DNA of 63,345 nucleotides, counting the filler. It is 7 parts of 7 records of this genome, joined end to end, with 100 filler letters (N's around TTAATTAATTAA, not from the genome) between each part and the next. Parts side by side here need not be neighbours in the genome. Positions count along the whole stretch, not along the records: positions 8,921 to 25,148 come from SRR20825019_1980; 6 more parts are not named here. The stretch is one strand, 5' to 3'. The notes beneath the pieces were generated by a model. The model was not told the origin of the DNA and made no database searches. It worked only from the letters and a program-made list of their open reading frames with translations. Positions 10,278 to 18,961 of this stretch are shown here, piece by piece. A program made the position numbers and the translations under genes. The first letter of the stretch is position 1; each line of letters begins with the position of its first letter.

Positions 10278-10616
10278 TTATTTTTTTCTTGGAATCATTA
10301 TTTTATTAAAGTCACTAGCTTTTTTATAAGCGTCAAAGTAAATCCAGATTGGGATAGTGACTGTTAGAGTAGCTATAAAGCCAAAGACAAAAATAGTTCC
10401 TGTAAGTAATATTGCTAAAATAAGTGAAATTAAACCTACACGTTTTGAAGGTTCAGCAAAGATTCGGTTGATGTGTTTTTTTTCTAAAATACCGCAGTTG
10501 GAGCATCGATTATTAATTTCATCGCCAAATTCCATTTGAAGTTCAAACCTGTTTTTGGCAGTTGTTTTTATGAAATTTTTCTTCTTACAAGATCTACAAT
10601 AATAACTAAGCTTCAT
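10278..10616 (-). CDS. Hypothetical zinc-ribbon membrane protein
   Basis: CRSC...CSNC pair followed by a hydrophobic hairpin; starts 3 nt after the DUF4159 stop. Confidence 0.75.
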   Translation of the reverse strand: MKLSYYCRSCKKKNFIKTTAKNRFELQMEFGDEINNRCSNCGILEKKHINRIFAEPSKRVGLISLILAILLTGTIFVFGFIATLTVTIPIWIYFDAYKKASDFNKIMIPRKK

Positions 10617-10619
10617 TTA

Positions 10620-11264
10620 TTAGTTTTCAAACACATATTTAATAATATTGGCGCCCATTTGGAGTGCTTTTAATCTAACATCTTGTGGGTCGTTATGAAC
10701 TTCTGGGTTTTCCCAGCCATCGCCAAGATCGGTTTCAAAAGTATATAGAAGCACCAATCGCTCTTCCACAAAAATGCCAAAAGCTTGTGGACGCGCGCCA
10801 TCATGTTCGTGAATTTTTGGTATTCCTTGCGGAAATTTATAAAAATAACTAAATAAAGGATGGTTTGCGGGAAGCTCTTTTAATTCTGCACTTGGAAAAA
10901 TTTTCACAATTTCTTTTCGGATATATTGGTCAATTCCATAATTATCATCAATATGAAGAAAACCACCGCTTATTAAGTAATTTCGAAGGTTTTGAGCTTC
11001 TTCAGCTGAAAAGAAAACATTTCCATGCCCCGTCATATGTACAAACGGATAGTCAAAAATATCTACACTTCCAGGAGTAACAGTTTTTGTTTTTTCCTTT
11101 ATTGCAGTATCTATAGTTTCATTGCAAAATTTTGCAAGATTGGGAAGAGATGTTGGGTTTGAATACCAATCGCCACCGCCGCCATATTGCAATAATGCTA
11201 TTTCCTGAGCGGAAATATTTCCGATGAAAAATGAAAAGAAAACTAAGTAAAGTGTGATTCGCAT
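10620..11264 (-). CDS. DUF4159 domain protein (exported)
   Basis: Signal peptide; YGGGGDWY, MTGHGN, GGFLHIDDNYG, KIHEHDG and DLGDGWE motifs. Confidence 0.88.
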   Translation of the reverse strand: MRITLYLVFFSFFIGNISAQEIALLQYGGGGDWYSNPTSLPNLAKFCNETIDTAIKEKTKTVTPGSVDIFDYPFVHMTGHGNVFFSAEEAQNLRNYLISGGFLHIDDNYGIDQYIRKEIVKIFPSAELKELPANHPLFSYFYKFPQGIPKIHEHDGARPQAFGIFVEERLVLLYTFETDLGDGWENPEVHNDPQDVRLKALQMGANIIKYVFEN

Positions 11265-11269
11265 AACTT

Positions 11270-11277
11270 CAAAAGTA
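11270..11277 (-). promoter_or_regulatory. Bacteroidota -7 promoter element (TAnnTTTG)
   Basis: The minus strand reads TACTTTTG, 5 nt upstream of the DUF4159 ATG. Confidence 0.6.
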
Positions 11278-11313
11278 CAATTTCAAAAAAGAATAATTAA
11301 TACGATTTGCTTT

Positions 11314-12024
11314 TTATTCATTCATAAAAGCAACGCTATGGCAAGCAACAACAGCAGCGGTTTCAGTGCGCAAACGACTTTCACCCAAAGTAACTGGAAT
11401 AAAACCTGCTTTTTTTGCGATTTCAATTTCATTAGAAGAAAAATCACCTTCAGGACCAATAAGAATAGTAACTTTCTGGTTTTGGGATAAAACAGATTTT
11501 AATGATCTTTTATCGGTTTCCTCGCAATGTGCAATGCATTTTAAACCTTCGGAAGTGTTTTTTGCATTCATAAAATCTTTAAACGAAATAGCTTCATTTA
11601 AAATAGGTAGATATGCTTTTAAAGATTGCTTCATCGCACTTTGAAGTATTTTTTCGTACCGTTCTGGTTTTATGACTTTTCGCTCGCTATGGTCGCAAAT
11701 TATTGGGGTTATTTGAGTTATTCCTATTTCAGTTGCTTTTTCTAAAAACCATTCATAACGATCGTTCAATTTTGTGGGTGCAACAACCAAATGCAGTTGA
11801 TAGGACAGTGGCGATTGTTTTTCCTCAGAAAGAATTTTCACTAAGCACCCTTTTGGGTTTGCATTGGTAATTTCCGCATCAAAAAAAGAACCTTTACCGT
11901 TTGTAATTTTAAAAGTATCGCCTTGATTCATCCGTAAAACCTTGATAATATGACGGCTTTCTTCCTTATCGAAAGTAATTTCATTAGCAATTTCTGAAAT
12001 ATTTGGATTATAGAAAAGTTGCAT
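11314..12024 (-). CDS. rsmE: 16S rRNA m3U1498 methyltransferase
   Basis: HIIKVLR, EKATEIG, IGPEGDFS and LGESRLRTETA motifs. Confidence 0.96.
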   Translation of the reverse strand: MQLFYNPNISEIANEITFDKEESRHIIKVLRMNQGDTFKITNGKGSFFDAEITNANPKGCLVKILSEEKQSPLSYQLHLVVAPTKLNDRYEWFLEKATEIGITQITPIICDHSERKVIKPERYEKILQSAMKQSLKAYLPILNEAISFKDFMNAKNTSEGLKCIAHCEETDKRSLKSVLSQNQKVTILIGPEGDFSSNEIEIAKKAGFIPVTLGESRLRTETAAVVACHSVAFMNE

Positions 12025-12064
12025 TCGGTATCGCTTTTTTTAATAAATGAGCTTGATGTATTTC

Positions 12065-12943
12065 TTAATTAGACACCACTTCTGGTCTTTTTCCAAGTTG
12101 CCACATTAAAATGCCACCTGTTATAAACATCCAAATAGCGTATGCTGCAGTTGGAATTCCCATCTCAACATTGTTTAAAATGGTAGTTGCAATTACAATT
12201 GCTAAGGTTCCGTTTTGTATACCGCTTTCAACAGTGATGGAAATTGCACTTTTAAAATTCAATTTAAATAACCTAGCCGTTAAATACCCCAAGCCCATAG
12301 TTAGTATATTTAATAGCAAAGTAACCAATCCAACTTCTTTCATAGCTTTCCCAATAATATTGAAATTTGCAGTAACCACTGCTACGAAAACTAAAATAAA
12401 TATAACTGTTGAAGCAATTCGCATTGGCTTTTCCATTCGTTTTGCAAAGGTTGTTTTGAATTTGCGAATGCTCATTCCAATAGCAATAGGAATGATTGTG
12501 ATTACCATTATTTGAAGAATTGTATCTAAAATGGGTAATTTGATGGTGACATTGGTAGCTGCGCCAAAAAATTGTAATGTGTATGATAAAATAAACGGTA
12601 TTGTAAGCACACTAACAATACTAGCAATTGCAGTTAGGGTGACGGACAACGCGATATTTCCTCTGCATATTTGGGTTATTAAGTTACTCGTTGGGCCTCC
12701 AGGACAAGAAGCTAAAATCATTAATCCAACGGCCATTATTGGTTCTAAATTAAATATTATTGCTAATGAAAAACCAATGATTGGCAAAAATAAAAGTTGA
12801 TTGGTTAGTCCAATTATAATGGTTTTTGGGTTTTTTAGAATTCTAGTAAAATCGGAAGTTAATAAAGTCATTCCCATGCCAAGCATAATAATAGCAAGCG
12901 ATATGGGTAAAAATACTTTGCCTATTAGTTCAGCTGTTGTCAT
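12065..12943 (-). CDS. Bile acid:sodium symporter (BASS) family transporter
   Basis: MLGMGMTL, CPGGPTSN, GNIALSV and ESGIQNG motifs. Confidence 0.93.
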   Translation of the reverse strand: MTTAELIGKVFLPISLAIIMLGMGMTLLTSDFTRILKNPKTIIIGLTNQLLFLPIIGFSLAIIFNLEPIMAVGLMILASCPGGPTSNLITQICRGNIALSVTLTAIASIVSVLTIPFILSYTLQFFGAATNVTIKLPILDTILQIMVITIIPIAIGMSIRKFKTTFAKRMEKPMRIASTVIFILVFVAVVTANFNIIGKAMKEVGLVTLLLNILTMGLGYLTARLFKLNFKSAISITVESGIQNGTLAIVIATTILNNVEMGIPTAAYAIWMFITGGILMWQLGKRPEVVSN

Positions 12944-12998
12944 AGGATGATTGATTAGTTAGTTGAAATATATAAATTTTATTTTCAATCATAATTTT

Positions 12999-14021
12999 TT
13001 AAAACTTCATCCGCGCTGAAGCAATCACATTATTTTCAGCAAAAGTATTGGTTTTGTATTTTAATTCGCCCACAATGGCAATCATGGCAGCATTGTCTGT
13101 GCAAAATTCAAATTTTGGAATATGAGTTTTCCAGCCATATTTTTTTTCAGCTTCCTGAAGGGCTTTTCTAATGCCACTATTTGCTGAAACACCACCACCA
13201 ATAGCAATTTCATTAATTCCCGTTTTTTTTACGGCGTTTTTCAATTTATCCATCAAATAATCTACGATTGTAAACTGCAGGCTGGCACAAATATCTTCTA
13301 TGTTTTCTGAAATAAAATTTGGGTTTTGTTCAACTTCCTTTTGAACGAAATAAAGCACAGAGGTTTTCAGACCGCTAAAACTAAAATCAAGTGGATTTAC
13401 TTTGGGTTTTGGAAAATTAAAGGCTTTTGGGTTTCCTTGTTGTGCATATTTATCAACCAAAGGTCCACCAGGATAAGGGAGTCCGAGTATTTTTGCACTT
13501 TTATCGAATGCTTCACCAACGGCATCATCGATGGTTTGACCAATAATTTCCATTTCAAAATAATCAGTCACTTTTACTATTTGCGTATGGCCTCCACTAA
13601 TTGTCATAGCCAAAAAAGGAAACTTTGGTGTTGTTTGACCTTCCGCCTTTATAAAATGTGCTAAAATATGTGCTTGCATATGGTTAACATCTATCAACGG
13701 AATGTTTAGCCCCATGGCCAAAGATTTTGAAAATGAGGTGCCTACAAGTAACGAACCCATTAAGCCAGGACCGCGTGTAAAAGCAATGGCGGATAACTGA
13801 TTTTTGTCGATATTTGCTATGCGTAATGCTTGATGAACTACAGGAACAATATTTTGTTGATGTGCACGTGAGGCAAGTTCAGGCACTACGCCGCCGTATT
13901 GTTCATGAATAGCCTGTGTGGCAACAACATTGCTAAGTATAGTGCCGTTGTTGATTACAGCAGCTGCAGTATCGTCGCAGGAAGATTCAATGCCAAGTAT
14001 GTAACAGTTTTTTTGTGTCAA
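12999..14021 (-). CDS. tsaD: tRNA t6A biosynthesis protein TsaD
   Basis: ILGIESSCDDT, GGVVPELASRAH, HMQAH, SGGHT and TDNAAMIA motifs; TTG start. Confidence 0.97.
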   Translation of the reverse strand: MTQKNCYILGIESSCDDTAAAVINNGTILSNVVATQAIHEQYGGVVPELASRAHQQNIVPVVHQALRIANIDKNQLSAIAFTRGPGLMGSLLVGTSFSKSLAMGLNIPLIDVNHMQAHILAHFIKAEGQTTPKFPFLAMTISGGHTQIVKVTDYFEMEIIGQTIDDAVGEAFDKSAKILGLPYPGGPLVDKYAQQGNPKAFNFPKPKVNPLDFSFSGLKTSVLYFVQKEVEQNPNFISENIEDICASLQFTIVDYLMDKLKNAVKKTGINEIAIGGGVSANSGIRKALQEAEKKYGWKTHIPKFEFCTDNAAMIAIVGELKYKTNTFAENNVIASARMKF

Positions 14022-14070
14022 AGCAAAAAGGGTATATTTATTGACTGTAAAATTAAAACTTTAAAAGCGT

Positions 14071-17000
14071 ATCAAAAAACTTCGGAAAATAATAGTTCGC
14101 ACCTTTGTAATCATTGTATTGCTTCTTGTGCTCATCATCATTATTTTTTCTATTCCTGCGGTGCAAACATGGGCAGCAAAGAAAGTTACAGCCAATATTA
14201 ACGAAACTTACGGTACCGATATTCAAATTAATCGTTTAGGGCTTAACTGGAAAGGGGAAGTGGATATTCGAGAGGTTTTTATTGCCGATCATCACCAAGA
14301 TACTTTAATTTATAGCAAAGAGCTGCAAACTAACATTGTTAGTATTAAAAATTTGATACAAGGCGATTTGGGTTTTGGTAACATCGCTCTAAATTATGCC
14401 AAATTGTATGTTAAAACATATAAAGACGAAGACACGGATAACCTATCCATTTTTGCTGAAAAGTTTGACACAGGAAAACCTAGTACTTCTCCTTTTACCA
14501 TGAATAGCGATGAAGTAAGTTTAGCCAATAGTCGTGTGAAAATTATTGATGAAAACCTTGAAAACTCTGAAGTTTTTGTTCTTGATAATGTAACAATTGA
14601 TGCTTCAAATTTAAAAATTATCGGTCCAGATGTTACAACGAATATTGAAAGTCTGTCATTAATTGCTGCTCGAGGTCTTGAAATTAAAGACCTGCAGGCA
14701 GATTTTTCATACACTTCAACAAATATTACTTTCAAAAATTTAAATCTTGAAACTACTGAATCTCAAATTGTTGGTGCTATAGATTTAGATTACTCAAAAA
14801 ATGGAATGGCAGATTTTGTTAACGATGTTTTGATTACTGCCAATTTTAATGACTCCAAAATTTCAACAAATGATCTAAATAGTTTTTACAATGAGTTTGG
14901 GCCAAATCAAATAATTATTTTTGAATCTGAATTTAATGGAACTTTAAACAACTTTAAAGCAGATAATTTAAAGCTTGCAACTGGAGATACCAATATACAA
15001 GGTGATTTTGCTTTTCAGAATATTTTAGATGCTGATAAAGAATATGCTATAACCGCTTCAAACCATACTATTGGAACAAATTATTATGATTTACGAAGGT
15101 TTATGCCACGAGTTTTAGGCGAAGTTATACCTGAAGAATTAAAGGAATTAAGCAATTTTAATCTCAGTGGTACTACATCAATAATTGGTAGTGAACTCAA
15201 AACAAAAAGTGTTTTAAAAAGTGGAATAGGACAGGCAAATATTGACCTTAATATGGGCAATATTACAGATATCGACAATGCGTATTATAAAGGTAATATT
15301 GTACTCAAGGATTTTAACCTTGGGAAAATTTCAAAAACAACTTCACTTGGCAAAATGACGGCCAACCTTGACTTTGATGGCCGTGGATTAAATAAAAATA
15401 CCGTAAATGCAGAAATTTCAGGCGCGGTTTCTTCTTTTAATTTTGAAGGATATAACTATCAAAACATAGAGGTCTCAGGGGTTTTAAAAAACCCTCTTTT
15501 TAATGGAGAACTTTCTATAAATGACCCAAATTTAAAACTAAATTTTAAAGGTTTAATAAATGCTTCCACAGATACAAATCAATTAGATTTTGAAGCAGAT
15601 GTAGAATATGCTGAACTTAATAAGTTAAACCTTATAACACGTGATAGCATATCAGTTTTTACTGGAAAAGTTGTTGTTGATATGGAAGGGAAAACGATTG
15701 ATGATGTTGTGGGAACAATTAATTTCAACCAAACTTTCTATCAAAACGAACGGGATTACTATTATTTTGATGATTTTACAGTTACTTCATCTTTTAACGG
15801 GCCTGTACGAACCATAGATATAAATTCTCCAGACATAATAAATGGTGCAATTTCAGGCGAGTTTTTAATTGCAGATATCCCCAATCTTTTTCAGAATGGA
15901 ATAGCTAGTATTTATGCGAATTATATTCCGCAGGAGGTAACTACAAACCAGTATATAGATTATGAATTTGTAGTTTATAACAAAATTGTTGATGTTTTCG
16001 TACCTCAATTAAAACTTGGTGATAATACTCGAATTAAAGGGTCGGTTTCTTCTGATGAATCTAAGTTTGAATTAGATTTTCGTTCCCCAGAAATATTGCT
16101 TTTTGATAATTATATAAGTAAACTAAATGTTCAGGTAGACAATGATAATCCATTATATAACACCTATATAGCTGCAGATTCTGTGTACACTGGTTTTTAT
16201 AATTTAATAGATCTTAACGTAATAAATAAAACATTAAACGATACAATGTATGTACGTTCAGAATTTAAGGGAGGTACAAAAAAAGAAGACCTATTTAACC
16301 TTTCTCTTTACCATACAATTAACCCTGCGGGGAAATCTGTTATCGGGGTAAAAAAGTCTGATATTAACTATAAAGGTAATGTTTGGTACTTAAATGAAAC
16401 CAACAACCGTTTGAATAAAGTTGTTTTTGATGATAATTTTAATGAAGTTAGAATCGACTCATTGGTACTAAGTCATAATGAGGAATTAATACAAATGGCT
16501 GGAGTAATCCGTGATTCCACATATAAAGATTTAAAAGTTCGTTTTAAAGATGTAAATATTGGAAATATAACTCCCGAAATTGATAGTCTTCGCCTTAAAG
16601 GAAATGTGAACGGTAAGTTTGATTTTATGCAAAAAAACGGTGCGTATTATCCAAATAGTGCCGTGACTATTGATAAAGTGATGATTAATGAAATTCCATT
16701 TGGAGATTTAAAATTAAACATAAATGGTAACGAAGATTTAACCAAATATCAAATCAACACCTCATTAACTAATAACGAGGTAAAATCTATTAATGCCGTT
16801 GGTGAAATCGATGTTTCTCCTCAAAATCCACAAATATTATTAAATGTAGCACTTAATCAATTTAATATGCAAGCATTTAGCCCATTTGGAGCCGATGTTA
16901 TTACAGACATTCGTGGGTTAATTTCTGGTAGTGCTAAAGTTTCAGGAAGCTATAAATCGCCTGATATTTTGGGGCGTTTCACTTTGGAAAACAGTGGATT

Positions 17001-18510
17001 AAAAATTCCGTATTTAAATACAGATTTTGATATTGAAAATAATGCACAAATTATTGTTACAAAGAATAAATTTCAAATAGGCTACACACAAATTATAGAT
17101 ACAAAACACAAAACAGAAGGATTACTTTCGGGTAATGCAACGCATACTAATTTCGGCGATTGGGCGCTAAACTTGGTAATAGACGCTCCAGAAAGATTAT
17201 TAGTTTTAGACACCCCCCCAGATGAAGATGCACTTTATTACGGGACTGCTTTTATAAGCGGAAGCGCCAAAATTAATGGACCTATTGATGAGTTAGAGAT
17301 AAATGTAGATGCCACCACTGAAAAAGGAACGAGTTTTAAAATACCAATTAGTGAAACGGAATCAATTAGTGATGATTCATTTGTGCATTTTCTTTCACCT
17401 AAAGAAAAAGAAGCGCGTATTAACGGCGAGTCTATAGTTGAAGAAGAAGCAAAAGGACTGACACTTAATTTTGACTTAAACATAAACAAAAACGCTGAAG
17501 TTGAAGTTGTTGTAGATAAAGTGAACAACTCTACATTAAAAGGTCGTGGTGCAGGAATTCTTTTGATTGAAATAAATACTAATGGAAAATTTCAGATGTA
17601 TGGTGATTTTCAAGTGTTTGAAGGTCAGTACGATTTTCGTTATGGAGGTATTATTCAACGAAATATTGAAGTGGTGCCCGGAGGAAATATAACGTGGGAT
17701 GGTGCTCCTGAAAAAGCGAATCTTAATTTGAGCGCAATGTATAAAACTAAAGCAAATCCTTCAGTTTTATTAGACAATCCTTCTGCAAATGCTAAAATAG
17801 ATGTTGATGTTTCTGTAGGATTAAAAGGGGAGCTTGCGCAACCAGAGTTGTCATTTAATATAGATTTTCCTTCTGCAAGTTCTACATTAAAAAGTGAGTT
17901 GCAATACAAGCTTCAAAACCAAGAGCAGATGCAAAATCAAGCACTTTTCCTTTTGGCTTCAAACTCTTTTGTAAATGATAATTATGCCGGTTCTAATGCG
18001 TTTGCAGGAACTTTGGCAGATAGAGTTTCTGGCTTGGTAAATGATCTTTTCTCAGATCAAGATGGAAAATTTAGTGTAGGTTTAGATTACTCTGTGGGCG
18101 ATAGAACACCAAATCAAGAAACAGCAGACCGTTTAGGGATTACACTTTCTACACAGATTAACGAACGAATTCTAATTAATGGAAAGGTTGGGGTGCCAGT
18201 TGGTGGTGCTAATGAAACTGCCGTGGCGGGAGATATTGAAGTGCAATGGCTAATTAATGAAGATGGCAGCTTGCGAATGAAATTCTTCAACCGTCAAGCA
18301 GATATACAATTTATTGGGGAAGATCAAATTTTTGAACAAGGCGCAGGTATCTCATATTCTGTAGATTTCAATACTTTTCGCGAACTGTATCAAAAGCTAT
18401 TTAATAAGAAATTGACCTTGGAGTCTGAACAACCAATCATTCCACCTGACAATGATTTTCCTGTTGATTTTAAACCACAGGGAACTAAAAGTGAAGAAGA
18501 TGGAGAATAA
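14071..18510 (+). CDS. tamB: Translocation and assembly module TamB-like protein
   Basis: ~1480-aa beta-rich protein with an N-terminal anchor (PAVQT) and a C-terminal DUF490-like region (ITWDGAP, AGDIEV, QGAGISY). Start proposed at ATC 14071; the ORF track starts at TTG 14119. Confidence 0.88.
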   Translation: MKKLRKIIVRTFVIIVLLLVLIIIIFSIPAVQTWAAKKVTANINETYGTDIQINRLGLNWKGEVDIREVFIADHHQDTLIYSKELQTNIVSIKNLIQGDLGFGNIALNYAKLYVKTYKDEDTDNLSIFAEKFDTGKPSTSPFTMNSDEVSLANSRVKIIDENLENSEVFVLDNVTIDASNLKIIGPDVTTNIESLSLIAARGLEIKDLQADFSYTSTNITFKNLNLETTESQIVGAIDLDYSKNGMADFVNDVLITANFNDSKISTNDLNSFYNEFGPNQIIIFESEFNGTLNNFKADNLKLATGDTNIQGDFAFQNILDADKEYAITASNHTIGTNYYDLRRFMPRVLGEVIPEELKELSNFNLSGTTSIIGSELKTKSVLKSGIGQANIDLNMGNITDIDNAYYKGNIVLKDFNLGKISKTTSLGKMTANLDFDGRGLNKNTVNAEISGAVSSFNFEGYNYQNIEVSGVLKNPLFNGELSINDPNLKLNFKGLINASTDTNQLDFEADVEYAELNKLNLITRDSISVFTGKVVVDMEGKTIDDVVGTINFNQTFYQNERDYYYFDDFTVTSSFNGPVRTIDINSPDIINGAISGEFLIADIPNLFQNGIASIYANYIPQEVTTNQYIDYEFVVYNKIVDVFVPQLKLGDNTRIKGSVSSDESKFELDFRSPEILLFDNYISKLNVQVDNDNPLYNTYIAADSVYTGFYNLIDLNVINKTLNDTMYVRSEFKGGTKKEDLFNLSLYHTINPAGKSVIGVKKSDINYKGNVWYLNETNNRLNKVVFDDNFNEVRIDSLVLSHNEELIQMAGVIRDSTYKDLKVRFKDVNIGNITPEIDSLRLKGNVNGKFDFMQKNGAYYPNSAVTIDKVMINEIPFGDLKLNINGNEDLTKYQINTSLTNNEVKSINAVGEIDVSPQNPQILLNVALNQFNMQAFSPFGADVITDIRGLISGSAKVSGSYKSPDILGRFTLENSGLKIPYLNTDFDIENNAQIIVTKNKFQIGYTQIIDTKHKTEGLLSGNATHTNFGDWALNLVIDAPERLLVLDTPPDEDALYYGTAFISGSAKINGPIDELEINVDATTEKGTSFKIPISETESISDDSFVHFLSPKEKEARINGESIVEEEAKGLTLNFDLNINKNAEVEVVVDKVNNSTLKGRGAGILLIEINTNGKFQMYGDFQVFEGQYDFRYGGIIQRNIEVVPGGNITWDGAPEKANLNLSAMYKTKANPSVLLDNPSANAKIDVDVSVGLKGELAQPELSFNIDFPSASSTLKSELQYKLQNQEQMQNQALFLLASNSFVNDNYAGSNAFAGTLADRVSGLVNDLFSDQDGKFSVGLDYSVGDRTPNQETADRLGITLSTQINERILINGKVGVPVGGANETAVAGDIEVQWLINEDGSLRMKFFNRQADIQFIGEDQIFEQGAGISYSVDFNTFRELYQKLFNKKLTLESEQPIIPPDNDFPVDFKPQGTKSEEDGE

Positions 18511-18532
18511 TAAAATTTATAAGTTAAGCTTC

Positions 18533-18913
18533 TTATATTGAAGCAATAACGGAGATTTCAACATTTACAAATTTCGGTAAGTTTGCTACTTCAACGGTTT
18601 CACGGGCTGGGGCAGTAGCTTCATCAAAATAAGTGCTATATACTTCATTTATAGCCGCAAAATTGTGCATATCACTAATAAAAATTGTGCTTTTCAATAC
18701 GTTTTCAAAAGTCATTCCTGCTTCAGTTAGTATTGCTTTTAAATTCTCCATTACCAATTTTGTTTCAGTTTTGATGTCATCGATAACTAATTCTCCAGTT
18801 TTTGGATCAATGGCTATTTGCCCAGAAGTGTAAAGCATTGTTCCATTAAGTATCGCTTGATTGTATGGCCCAATTGGTGCTGGAGCATTTGGAGTAGTAA
18901 TTATTTTTTTCAT
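18533..18913 (-). CDS. ridA: RidA/YjgF family enamine deaminase
   Basis: APAPIGPYNQA, SGQI, FAAINEVY and PARETVEVANLP motifs. Confidence 0.95.
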   Translation of the reverse strand: MKKIITTPNAPAPIGPYNQAILNGTMLYTSGQIAIDPKTGELVIDDIKTETKLVMENLKAILTEAGMTFENVLKSTIFISDMHNFAAINEVYSTYFDEATAPARETVEVANLPKFVNVEISVIASI

Positions 18914-18961
18914 ATTCTTCAATAATTGATTTCTTTTTTTAAATTCTCATCATTCAAAAAA

